Positions 9,032 to 17,464 of a stretch of 64,000 bases of DNA are shown piece by piece. A model generated the notes under the pieces. It was not told the origin of the DNA. It saw only the letters and a program-made list of their open reading frames with translations, and made no database searches. Position 1 is the stretch's first letter; each line of letters begins with the position of its first letter. The DNA lies in the IMG/VR virus record IMGVR_UViG_3300028558_000018, positions 32,001 through 96,000 of that record; one strand, 5' to 3'. Position numbers and translations under genes: made by a program. Source of the stretch: a virus.

Positions 9032-9990
9032 TCGTTTTTGATGAGAAATTGTCTAAATTCTTCTTTAGAAACTACTACATTTCTAGAAGAAAACTCATTA
9101 TCTTTAAATTGTGGCGGATTATTTTTAACTGATTGTCCAATAGTATAATATGTCGAATAAGGTTTATTAATATCGGCGACAAAATTCGTGCGCGGCAATT
9201 CTTCCCTGCTAATCATTACTTCATGAAGTTTCTCGTTGGGGCGAGGTTGGCCCAGTTCATACTTTAATCCAAATTCTTCCGCGTAAAGCTCAAAAGAATC
9301 CTTGATTAGATAAGAAGGCAAATTTGGAATAATAACTTCATTTTTATGATGAAGACTTGTTTGAATTAAACCTACCGCATCTTCTACTGTGATAAAGAAC
9401 CTAGTCATTTCTTCTGAAAATAACTTGAGTGTGTAATTATTTCTAATAGCATCCCACATTAATTTCAATTGTGAGCCAGTTGAGCCAGCCACGTTTCCGT
9501 ATCTACATGAAGAAAAAGCAGTCAAATAACTAAGTTTTTTATCGTTTTCTTTGTAAACAAAGGAGGTTTCCGCCGCCGCTTTTAATTGGCCATAGAGGGT
9601 GCTCGGCGCACAAGATTTATCTGACGAGACGAAACACGAAGCTAAAAAGAAACATTCCTTAGATAGTTTTTTAGAGTTAATCGCCCCTTGATAAATTGTT
9701 CGCCCCGCTTCTTCCGCCGCGTCATCACAAGCTTCGATTTGTTTGAGTGAGGCGCAGAATATTCCAATATTACAATTATATTCAATCGCAACCTGCTTCA
9801 TCCTTTCGTAATTATAAACATCTCCAATTTCACAAATAATATTAGGAAATTGTTTTTTCAAAAAATAATGTTTGGCTTCGTCGCGAGAGTAAACAACTAT
9901 CTGATTATCTTGATATAGTTTTTTAATAATCGCTCGCCCAAGATAGCCCGCGCCGCCAGTAATGAAAATTCGTTTATTGCTTAAAATCAT
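9019..9990 (-). CDS. UDP-GlcNAc 4,6-dehydratase-like (PseB/FnlA/CapD family)
   Basis: ITGGAGYLG, YSRDEAK, SSDK, YGQLK, RYGNVAGSTGS, MTRFFI, RPNEKLHE. Confidence 0.85.
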   Translation of the reverse strand: MILSNKRIFITGGAGYLGRAIIKKLYQDNQIVVYSRDEAKHYFLKKQFPNIICEIGDVYNYERMKQVAIEYNCNIGIFCASLKQIEACDDAAEEAGRTIYQGAINSKKLSKECFFLASCFVSSDKSCAPSTLYGQLKAAAETSFVYKENDKKLSYLTAFSSCRYGNVAGSTGSQLKLMWDAIRNNYTLKLFSEEMTRFFITVEDAVGLIQTSLHHKNEVIIPNLPSYLIKDSFELYAEEFGLKYELGQPRPNEKLHEVMISREELPRTNFVADINKPYSTYYTIGQSVKNNPPQFKDNEFSSRNVVVSKEEFRQFLIKNDWFR

Positions 9991-9996
9991 TATTTT

Positions 9997-10416
9997 TTAA
10001 AGTTTTGTATTTTCGAATATATTCCCGATAATTTCCATGCTTTTTACCGAATTAAAAGTAAAATCTAGTGGAATACTTGGCTCCTCGCTAACCAACGTAA
10101 ATCTAAATTCCGGCGCGGCATATTCTATTTTGCAAATTTGTTCGCCCGCTCTGCCCATGTCACATTTGAGAATATCACCCTCATAAACTTCCTTTTTGTT
10201 CTTATCTTTCAGACCAATAAATTGTTGATAAATAATTCGCCCTCCGAAGGCTGGCCCCAGCGGGTTGTTAGGATAAAAAAATGTCATATCCTCCATATCA
10301 TCTTGGTCTGGACAATCCCAACAGTCAGAGTCCAACATATATTCATCACATGGAACTTGGTCTAGCCATTTTTTGTTTTTATTATCCCATGCGCGAAATT
10401 TAATTTCTCTATTCAT
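9997..10416 (-). CDS. YopX family protein (copy 2)
   Basis: MNREIKFRAWD...QFIGLKDKNKKEVYEGDIL...EIIGNIFEN. Confidence 0.85.
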   Translation of the reverse strand: MNREIKFRAWDNKNKKWLDQVPCDEYMLDSDCWDCPDQDDMEDMTFFYPNNPLGPAFGGRIIYQQFIGLKDKNKKEVYEGDILKCDMGRAGEQICKIEYAAPEFRFTLVSEEPSIPLDFTFNSVKSMEIIGNIFENTKL

Positions 10417-10446
10417 AATAAAAAATATTCTTATGTTTGCCCACTC

Positions 10447-11256
10447 TTAGTCAATATTAATCGGAGAAAACGCATTTATTTCTCGATTAAAATCTAACCA
10501 GTGATAGCCCGTGGAATCAATAAAATGTTGGATACCATTGTTACTTCTGTAACTTGCTGATTGTCTTTTGTTTGTTAAACTTATCGCATGGTAAACACAT
10601 AAGTCCTTGAGAGTCACAAACTTATAATCATTCTTTAGTTGCTTTAGTCTCCAAGGGAAAAAGTTATCCAAACTATACCCACTTGACCACCTCATATCGA
10701 AGTTATTTGAATATCCGCCCACCGCAAGATAGTCTTTAAAATTAGTCACAATAGGATGATTATAGCCCACGATATTATTATTTAATTTCCATTTTCCTTG
10801 GGCGACCCCTTCGTTAAACTTAATTTCCGTATTGGGATCGGTATAATCGCCCAAATTTTCTACAATGACTAATGGATTGCCCGTTCCGTAGGGTTCTAAA
10901 AGAAATAAACTTTGCGTAATATTTTTGTTTCGCGCCGCATTGTTAATTACTTGAGCGTCCCACCCTTTAGGAAGCAACATATCGTTATTACAATTAACGT
11001 GTAATTCACTATCAATTAGAGGATTCGCATAATCTACCGACATTGGGCCGATATTATCCTCGCGAAGAATAAAATCAAATTTATCGCTATATTGGAGTTT
11101 GAATTCGTTAACTAGAATCTCGTCTTCTTTGGAATATTCATTAACGACAACAATCAGGCGCGAATCTTCTGAAAAAGATGCTATTGCGTTGGGAATGAAT
11201 GTTTTAAGCAAATCTGTGCCATGCCATGACGGGGCGACGAGAGTGAGACTATTCAT
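10447..11256 (-). CDS. GT2-like glycosyltransferase
   Basis: LTLVAPSW, DNIG, CNNDM (DxD-like), VGGY, VYH. Confidence 0.7.
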   Translation of the reverse strand: MNSLTLVAPSWHGTDLLKTFIPNAIASFSEDSRLIVVVNEYSKEDEILVNEFKLQYSDKFDFILREDNIGPMSVDYANPLIDSELHVNCNNDMLLPKGWDAQVINNAARNKNITQSLFLLEPYGTGNPLVIVENLGDYTDPNTEIKFNEGVAQGKWKLNNNIVGYNHPIVTNFKDYLAVGGYSNNFDMRWSSGYSLDNFFPWRLKQLKNDYKFVTLKDLCVYHAISLTNKRQSASYRSNNGIQHFIDSTGYHWLDFNREINAFSPINID

Positions 11257-11711
11257 TTGGTTAGTAATTCTGGATTTTCAAAAATATTACCAATTACCTC
11301 TACTAGAATTTTGGTTCCTAGAACGCCCACATTAAAATCTAGAGGCATTTTTTGGCAGTCATCATATAAAATGTTGGAAAAGGCAAAATATGAATTAAAA
11401 TAAATAACACTAGACCGGTCCTCATGCCCTCGGTCATCTTTATCTTCTATGGATCGGATATAATATTTTATGATATCGCCTTCGTAAATATCTTTCCCGT
11501 TAACATCTTTTGACCCTGTAAATTGTTGGACCTTAATATCTTCTATTTTATAATCCCCCTGAGTAAGCCACAAATTATCTTCTTTATCTTTAGATATAAA
11601 CCCAACCAGCCCATTATTAGTGTCCGCGCCCTCTATCACCCCAATAATCCAATCTTGGATAAATTTATTTCTTTTACGATTCCACACTCTAAATTTAATT
11701 TCTCTGTTCAT
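11253..11711 (-). CDS. YopX family protein (copy 3)
   Basis: MNREIKFRVW...QFTGSKDVNGKDIYEGDII...EVIGNIFENPELL. Confidence 0.85.
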   Translation of the reverse strand: MNREIKFRVWNRKRNKFIQDWIIGVIEGADTNNGLVGFISKDKEDNLWLTQGDYKIEDIKVQQFTGSKDVNGKDIYEGDIIKYYIRSIEDKDDRGHEDRSSVIYFNSYFAFSNILYDDCQKMPLDFNVGVLGTKILVEVIGNIFENPELLTK

Positions 11712-11717
11712 AATATT

Positions 11718-12521
11718 TTAAAGTTTTCTTCCTAGCGGAAGCCAAGGTTTACGAATTTCTTCCGCGCTAATCGGTAAATTAACAGGTCTACCATCTTCGA
11801 TTTCCCACATTTTGGACCAAAAATTCTTATTAATTTCAGCGCGCCGATCTAAATCTTTATATCCATGATGCACGATAAACGGCGATTGACTGTCTTGAAT
11901 CTTCCACCAATCCATAAGGGCCATGTTGTTATTGGGAACAATTTGAACAGATTTTACTAGCCGATTATTCTCATCTAACAACTCGCAACTGTCAGAAGCC
12001 CCATCACCATGAATTTTATGCGTTCCATCGGGACGTTTCGCGAAATCAACAACGCCGCGTTTTAATCCACGCTTATGCAAATACCATTTATAGGTAATAT
12101 CACTAAAATGCTCGTCGTCTTTGTAAAGATTAATTGACGGCAGCATGATACAGGAAAAACTTGATGATTCTAATAGCAACTGCAAATAATATTCCCACGC
12201 GGCGCGATCTGTAATACCTAATCTCTCGTCTCCGTCAAGTTGAAGAAGAATGTTACCACTACATTTTTGTAGTGCGGCGTCTTTTAGCGCACCGTCAAAA
12301 GTTGGCTTATCAGGAGTAAGTTCTGTAAGTAAAATTTCCACATTTGGGAACTTTTTCGCGGCAGATTTTAACAATTTTGCGCTATTATCAGAATCTTTAA
12401 TAGTTGAGATGATAACTTCATCGGCGAAAGCCGCAACGTGAGCGATAAAATCTTTATAGTCGAATTTATTAGATTTTACGTTAAATAACGAAGAATAGAT
12501 GCTTAATTTTACTTGTGGCAT
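11718..12521 (-). CDS. GT2-like glycosyltransferase
   Basis: FADEVII, DSDNS, LQLDGDER DxD motif, IVHHGY. Confidence 0.75.
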   Translation of the reverse strand: MPQVKLSIYSSLFNVKSNKFDYKDFIAHVAAFADEVIISTIKDSDNSAKLLKSAAKKFPNVEILLTELTPDKPTFDGALKDAALQKCSGNILLQLDGDERLGITDRAAWEYYLQLLLESSSFSCIMLPSINLYKDDEHFSDITYKWYLHKRGLKRGVVDFAKRPDGTHKIHGDGASDSCELLDENNRLVKSVQIVPNNNMALMDWWKIQDSQSPFIVHHGYKDLDRRAEINKNFWSKMWEIEDGRPVNLPISAEEIRKPWLPLGRKL

Positions 12522-12524
12522 AGC

Positions 12525-12749
12525 TTATTTATGTGATTCAATCCAATTATCTAATAATTTCTCGAAATCTTTATCTTCGAGAGTCCACAAACCGATTCTA
12601 TTTGGACCTTTTTGGGTAAACATAAGATTTTCGATGAGTTGGCCAAATCTTTGTTGATCAATTTTATCCTGTGTCCAGATTTTTTCTAATTTTTCCAAAA
12701 ATGGCCGGATTCTGGCCGGGTCGCGGCCCAATTTAGGTTGATTTAACAT
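12525..12749 (-). CDS. Small phage protein with RDP.RI...W...RFGQL motif
   Basis: Likely start MLNQ at 12749 (ORF track extends to 12821); motif common in small phage proteins. Confidence 0.55.
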   Translation of the reverse strand: MLNQPKLGRDPARIRPFLEKLEKIWTQDKIDQQRFGQLIENLMFTQKGPNRIGLWTLEDKDFEKLLDNWIESHK

Positions 12750-12891
12750 AGTCCAAAAGTTCATTCCATTCTTTGCGCCAAGACTCGAAACCTTCTTGTT
12801 CCGACTGAGGAATCTCACCAATCAGTTCTTCCATTTGTGCTTGCGCGGCGATTTCGGCCTCGATAAAGGCAATTGCGTTGAGTTTGTCCAT
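12733..12891 (-). CDS. Hypothetical acidic protein, ~52 aa
   Basis: Likely start MDKLN at 12891, directly after the upstream stop. Confidence 0.5.
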   Translation of the reverse strand: MDKLNAIAFIEAEIAAQAQMEELIGEIPQSEQEGFESWRKEWNELLDYVKST

Positions 12892-12892
12892 A

Positions 12893-13264
12893 TTAAGAAA
12901 TATTTTTGCCTTCCACATTACGCTTTTTACGGTCATTTGTTCGTTTCTCAAGCCATAAAAGCGCGGAATCGAGGTGTGTGAGCGCAACGGAGTTTTCGCG
13001 ACAAGGAAATTTACCATTGAGGTAATTTAGACGATTAATAAGAATTTCTAGTAATTCTTCGTTAGTTGTGCCATCATTAACTGTTTCAAGTTCGGTGGAA
13101 CTTGCATTCGTTGGAGAGCCATTTGGATTCGCTTGCGACCAGACTTTAACGTAATCTCCATTGTCAACTTTTGGGCGTTTTTCAATAAATTGAATGGTTT
13201 GACCGTTATTTTTGTCTTCAAAATTAGCGGCGATGTATTTGTGACCTTCTGTTAGGATTTTCAT
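12893..13264 (-). CDS. tad1: Tad1-like anti-Thoeris signal-sponge protein
   Basis: GTTNEELLEILINRL...FPCRENSVALTHLDSALLWLEKRTNDRKKRNVEG aligns by eye to the Tad1 C-terminal hairpin (LLEI..DRL...RENA.ALTH.EEAL.W...R..DR..RNV.G). Confidence 0.75.
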   Translation of the reverse strand: MKILTEGHKYIAANFEDKNNGQTIQFIEKRPKVDNGDYVKVWSQANPNGSPTNASSTELETVNDGTTNEELLEILINRLNYLNGKFPCRENSVALTHLDSALLWLEKRTNDRKKRNVEGKNIS

Positions 13265-13280
13265 AGTTATTTTTATTAAT

Positions 13281-13354
13281 TGGCAGGAATATTTAGAATT
13301 GAACTAAAACTTAGCGGGTCAAAGCCGCTCGTGCAGCCGTTACACTATACTCCA
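13281..13354 (-). tRNA. tRNA-Gln (UUG) with encoded CCA
   Basis: Cloverleaf: TGGAGTA/TATTCCT acceptor, GTGT/GCAC D stem, AGCGG-CTTTGAC-CCGCT anticodon arm, TTTAG-TTCAATT-CTAAA T arm, G-CCA end. Confidence 0.9.
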
Positions 13355-13370
13355 AAAAATTGATTCATAT

Positions 13371-13568
13371 TTAGATACTAACCGTTTCTGCGTTTTCTGC
13401 CAAATCTTTTTCTAATCTTTGTTTAATTAGTTGTTGAGACTCATTCTCAAAATCAAGTATTAGCATAGGAATCACTGTTTCAAAGGCTTTTACATAAATC
13501 GAACATTTATCCGCTTTGGAATGAACGACGTATTCCACTTTAGAACCATAATTAGTTTTTAACTGCAT
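13371..13568 (-). CDS. Hypothetical protein, 65 aa, first gene of leftward unit
   Basis: ATG 3 nt after the TATCAT promoter element. Confidence 0.6.
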   Translation of the reverse strand: MQLKTNYGSKVEYVVHSKADKCSIYVKAFETVIPMLILDFENESQQLIKQRLEKDLAENAETVSI

Positions 13569-13571
13569 AAG

Positions 13572-13643
13572 ATGATATATTTATTTTGTTTAATATAAGT
13601 CAAGATTTTTCTTGACTTATTTAATTCATTTTTCGTTTATCAT
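13572..13643. promoter_or_regulatory. Back-to-back divergent promoters TTGACT-N20-TATCAT
   Basis: TTGACT at 13603-13598 (-) and 13612-13617 (+) inside inverted repeat ataagtcaaga/tcttgacttat; coincides with the strand switch. Confidence 0.75.
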
Positions 13644-13648
13644 CAATT

Positions 13649-14251
13649 ATGAATCTTTATAAAGACTACCCAGAATATCTTAAATCATTACATTGGAAAA
13701 ACTTAAATAGCTCTATTAGAGCGCGGGCCAATTATAAATGTGAGATTTGTTCCGGTCAAGATAAACCCGTTCCGTGCGACGAAGTTCATCATATTAATTA
13801 CCGCAATTGGATTGATGTTTTAGATAGTGATTTGATTGCGGTTTGTGAGTCATGCCATTGTAAAATTCATGAAGCGATAAAATCGGGATATATTAATCAA
13901 GATAACAAAGGGTCTAAAGAAAATACCATAGAGGGGCTTGTCAATTTTCAAAAGAATGGCCCGAAACTTTCTAGAGAAAAAAGAACTACTTATTATTTTA
14001 ACCAAAAATTAATAGATAAGATGAATGACGCCAATTACATGGCAAAATTAAAAATAAAGGGGATTTTAAAGGTTTCAACGACAGATTTTTCCTATCTTTT
14101 GGGAAAAAGCGTTAGAAAGTCTATCTATTTTAGAATTTTACGAGCTTCCAGTTTCGAAGTTCCTTATAGAAAGAGCTTTATAGATATAATGAAGAGACAT
14201 AAAGATACTTTGTATTGGCCGAAAGAAGAGGGTAAAAAGAGAAAAATTTGA
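13649..14251 (+). CDS. HNH endonuclease with basic C-terminal extension
   Basis: YLKSLHW..., CEIC, VHHINY, CESCHCKIH. Confidence 0.8.
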   Translation: MNLYKDYPEYLKSLHWKNLNSSIRARANYKCEICSGQDKPVPCDEVHHINYRNWIDVLDSDLIAVCESCHCKIHEAIKSGYINQDNKGSKENTIEGLVNFQKNGPKLSREKRTTYYFNQKLIDKMNDANYMAKLKIKGILKVSTTDFSYLLGKSVRKSIYFRILRASSFEVPYRKSFIDIMKRHKDTLYWPKEEGKKRKI

Positions 14252-14276
14252 CAAAATCTAATCATTTACATATCAT
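14248..14276 (+). promoter_or_regulatory. Sigma70-like promoter TTGACA-N17-TATCAT
   Basis: Near-consensus -35/-10 overlapping the HNH stop; no sizeable + strand ORF follows. Confidence 0.65.
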
Positions 14277-14282
14277 CATATG

Positions 14283-14830
14283 TTCCCTCATTTGCGGACT
14301 GATTTTCGAATCCGCCGTAGTTACCTTTAAAAAATGAGCAAAATATTATCCTATCACGGATTTTTTGACAATTTGGTATCCATTCCAGAATAAGAAAAAT
14401 CTTTCCCTTAGCTATAAAACCAGAGCGAGTAACCCTAGAAATGGGCCGAAAGACTGGTTTTAATTTTATACGAATACACACCCAAATATAAAGTTCTTTC
14501 ATAACTCATATTGATAGGTTTTCATCCGTAGGCTCTGATTCGAAGGCATCAACCTAGAAAGTGAATTGTAAAATTCATGGAGATGTAGACAAAAGCTAAT
14601 ATACCCATTGAGGCATCCGAATGGGGCGTAATTTATTGCGTAATAGCGAGTAGTCAGGGTAATACTAACGCATTGTGGTATACATAGGGGAGAAACGAAA
14701 ACTAATACGCGGGCGGAATCACTTAAGCCGAACGCTTCAATTGGGTTGCCAAATATGGCCAAATCCTGTTATAAAATACAGGATAAGCCTTCGGCTTGGG
14801 TTCCAAGGGGAGATTTGTTATAAACTTTTT
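14283..14830 (+). ncRNA. Candidate large structured non-coding RNA (family unassigned)
   Basis: Own promoter, no credible ORF, dense hairpins and long-range complementarity (see findings); boundaries approximate. Confidence 0.5.
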
Positions 14831-14980
14831 CTCTAAATAAATCCTTTCTAAAGCGTAGTGAAACGAAGCTTGAAGGAATTCTTCTGAACGAAGTGAAGAA
14901 AATTACTTCAAATAGATACTATAGTGAATTATCATTTAGAGGATATCTGCCGCGAAATTTAATAATAGTTGATTATAGTC

Positions 14981-15012
14981 TTGACAAAAATGATATAAGC
15001 GATTAGTATCTT
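14981..15012 (+). promoter_or_regulatory. Promoter TTGACA-N17-TAGTATCTT, leaderless
   Basis: Same motif at 19938 and 26423; ATG at 15017. Confidence 0.7.
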
Positions 15013-15016
15013 CTAA

Positions 15017-15289
15017 ATGCTAGTTATATTTCCATTAGTCGTTTACTTCTTTTTCTGGTTAATTAACCATTCGGAGGGAATTTCTCCATATGTGAAACTT
15101 CATACGGAATTCTTGCCCGCGAAAATTCAATATGCGTTATCTTGCCCCGCGTGCTTTTCCTTCTGGAGCACGTTATTTATAATTTTCGGTTCTCAATATC
15201 CGTATTATTTAATTTGCACAACGCCCGTGCTTACAATGTTTTTAAATTTAACCTATCTAAAACTTTCTCAAAATAATGATAATCAATAA
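15017..15289 (+). CDS. Small membrane protein with CxxC..FW motif (DUF1360-like)
   Basis: Three hydrophobic segments; LSCPACFSFW. Confidence 0.55.
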   Translation: MLVIFPLVVYFFFWLINHSEGISPYVKLHTEFLPAKIQYALSCPACFSFWSTLFIIFGSQYPYYLICTTPVLTMFLNLTYLKLSQNNDNQ

Positions 15290-15860
15290 CTTGGACGACA
15301 CGACTTTAATCAATAATGTTCGAGAGGGAATTCAACTCAACGAATCCACAAAAGAGCTAATTCACCGTCACAGTGGCGTTTATTTCAAAGTCGCCTCACA
15401 ATTCAAAAGCAACCCCAATGTTAATTTCAACGACGTAATCGACAACAAAGACTTCAATATTTATCACGCCGCGCTTAATTACGATTCTTCGCGGGGCACT
15501 TTTTGTAATTTAGTTGGCCAAATGGCTCGTTATGAGTGCTTAAAACATATTCAGAGTAAAAAAACTGAAAAAATTAAGACTATTGAGATTGATTCTCAAG
15601 AAGAGTATTTCGCGCCGCCCGTTTCAGAAGACAATGTGGTTAGCAATGTGGGTCTTAACGAAACATATGAAACTATTGACGAAGTTTTGTCCCATTTCGA
15701 TAAAGAAACTCGGGCAATTTTCTCCCAACGAATTAATGGAGATAAAGGGCGAGTGTCTTGGAGAGATTTAAAAGATCGCAGTAATTACTCTCATGAATCG
15801 CTTAGAACAAAAAATAAAAAGATTATTAACAAATTGAAAGAGAAACTGCAAGTTGCCTAA
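15276..15860 (+). CDS. Phage sigma-70-family (ECF-size) RNA polymerase sigma factor
   Basis: Region-2-like LI.RHSGVY...IYHAALNYDSSRGTF..LV...ARYECL; region-4-like HTH SWRDL...YSHESLR. Confidence 0.65.
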   Translation: MIINNLDDTTLINNVREGIQLNESTKELIHRHSGVYFKVASQFKSNPNVNFNDVIDNKDFNIYHAALNYDSSRGTFCNLVGQMARYECLKHIQSKKTEKIKTIEIDSQEEYFAPPVSEDNVVSNVGLNETYETIDEVLSHFDKETRAIFSQRINGDKGRVSWRDLKDRSNYSHESLRTKNKKIINKLKEKLQVA

Positions 15861-15866
15861 TTTATT

Positions 15867-16964
15867 ATGAATAAACCACTTACATTTGATACCGCCGTAA
15901 ATAATTTGAGCTTCGGCTTCGTCGGATTCAATATTATTAAAGAATTATATCGCCGCGAATATCCCGTAAATATTCTCGCAAAGGGCGGGTCGCTTGATTT
16001 TTCTAGCTTCGATAAAGCCTCCGATGAATTAAAAAATAAAATTCGTTCAAATGCCCAAAATTTCTTTTCTTCGTTTAACCGTAATAATCCAACCCTTCAG
16101 ACGTGGCACATAAACGGCAGCGAGTCCCATGTAGGCGCGAAAAATAACCTCCTAACGTTTTTTGAGCTAGACCAACTCACCCCCAGCGAAACCAATATTC
16201 TCAATAATCATCACCAAATTTTCGTCACAAATGAAGAGGCTCGCCAAACTTTTCTCGATTATGGAGTAGAACGCCCCGTTTATAATATTCCCCTTGGGTT
16301 CGATAAAGACCAATTTTTCGCCACAGGTAAAAAATATCTAAGTAACGATACCACCGTTTGGGCTATTAATGGTAAATTTGAAAAACGGAAGAAAACATTG
16401 GAAACGGCGCGGCTCTGGTTAAAGAAATATGGTAACAATCGTAATCATCGGCTGCATCTCCATGTTTATAACCCCTTTTTTAGCAAAGAACAGAACCAAC
16501 AGCTTTTGGCTCAAATCTTTGAAAACAAGGAATACTGGAATGTTTCGTCCTTTCACTATACAACTACCCTCAGTGAACTTAACGATGCCTATAACTGTGC
16601 AAATATCGTCATCGATATGAGTGGTGGCGAAGGTTGGTCGCTACCAAGTTTTCACATGACAGGACTAGGCAAACATGCAATTGTTCTTAACTCTACTGGA
16701 ATTAAAGAATGGGCGATAGAAGATAATGCCGTGCTTGTTCAACCTAACGGAAAAGAAGATGCCGAAGATAAGGTTTTCTTTCACAAGGGGCAGTTATTTA
16801 ATCAGGGTAATTTTTACACCTTTGATTCTAATGAATTCAGCGATAAACTTGATATCGTTCTCAAAAGAAGTCTTGCTTCGAGAGTTAATAGCGCGGGCCT
16901 AGAGATTCAAAATAAATTCACTTGGCAAAATACTGTTGATCAATTACTTGCACATATTTCTTAA
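15867..16964 (+). CDS. GT4 (GT-B) glycosyltransferase
   Basis: SFG N-terminus, TFFE, IPLGFD, GKFEKRK, SGGEGWSLP. Confidence 0.8.
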   Translation: MNKPLTFDTAVNNLSFGFVGFNIIKELYRREYPVNILAKGGSLDFSSFDKASDELKNKIRSNAQNFFSSFNRNNPTLQTWHINGSESHVGAKNNLLTFFELDQLTPSETNILNNHHQIFVTNEEARQTFLDYGVERPVYNIPLGFDKDQFFATGKKYLSNDTTVWAINGKFEKRKKTLETARLWLKKYGNNRNHRLHLHVYNPFFSKEQNQQLLAQIFENKEYWNVSSFHYTTTLSELNDAYNCANIVIDMSGGEGWSLPSFHMTGLGKHAIVLNSTGIKEWAIEDNAVLVQPNGKEDAEDKVFFHKGQLFNQGNFYTFDSNEFSDKLDIVLKRSLASRVNSAGLEIQNKFTWQNTVDQLLAHIS

Positions 16965-17023
16965 TGATTTACCGTTGTTTAATCTTAACGCCCGCGTTAA
17001 TAATTCACGATAGACAATAAAAT

Positions 17024-17050
17024 TTCACTTTTTTATCAATTTAGGGTAAT
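17024..17050 (+). promoter_or_regulatory. Phage late-type promoter TTCAC-N15-GGGTAAT
   Basis: Consensus copy; followed by CAAGGAATAAGG. Confidence 0.75.
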
Positions 17051-17068
17051 TTAATCAAGGAATAAGGT

Positions 17069-17458
17069 ATGCCAAATTATTTGTATCAACATCCCGAAAC
17101 GGAAGAAACGATTGAATTGTTTCAGCACATGGACGAGCCGCACAACTATGTTGATGAATCTGGTCAACTATGGAATAGAATCTTCACAATTCCTAATGCC
17201 GCAAGCAATACTGCCAAAATTGATATTTATTCCGCTAAAGATTTTTCGCGGAGAACCGCTGATAAAAAAATGACCTTCGGCGAGGCATGGGACGAATCCG
17301 CCCGCTTATCTGCTGCTAGAGAAGAGAAAGAAGGGGTAAATCGTGATCCTGTGAAATTGGCGCACTTCGATAACTATTCAAAAACTCGCAAGGGGCTTAA
17401 ACATCATCTGGATACGCGCCCACAAGTTGTTCTTAAAAGAGCCAAGAAGAAAAAGTAA
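17069..17458 (+). CDS. FmdB-like ribbon protein lacking cysteines
   Basis: MPNYLYQH...IELFQHM...WNRIFT.P resembles the FmdB-type N-terminus. Confidence 0.45.
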   Translation: MPNYLYQHPETEETIELFQHMDEPHNYVDESGQLWNRIFTIPNAASNTAKIDIYSAKDFSRRTADKKMTFGEAWDESARLSAAREEKEGVNRDPVKLAHFDNYSKTRKGLKHHLDTRPQVVLKRAKKKK

Positions 17459-17464
17459 TCTCTC

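Noticed and set aside
14280-14330. 16-codon ORF MFPHLRTDFRIRRSYL as leader peptide
   Set aside because: ATG lies only 3 nt after the -10 element, probably upstream of the TSS; no supporting evidence
14266-14762. Two - strand ORFs (78 and 87 aa) as real genes
   Set aside because: Antisense to flanking genes and to a strong + promoter; atypical composition; one has a TTG start
14283-14830. tmRNA, RNase P or group I/II intron identity
   Set aside because: No tRNA-like ends, catalytic core motifs or interrupted host gene recognised by eye; needs cmscan to exclude
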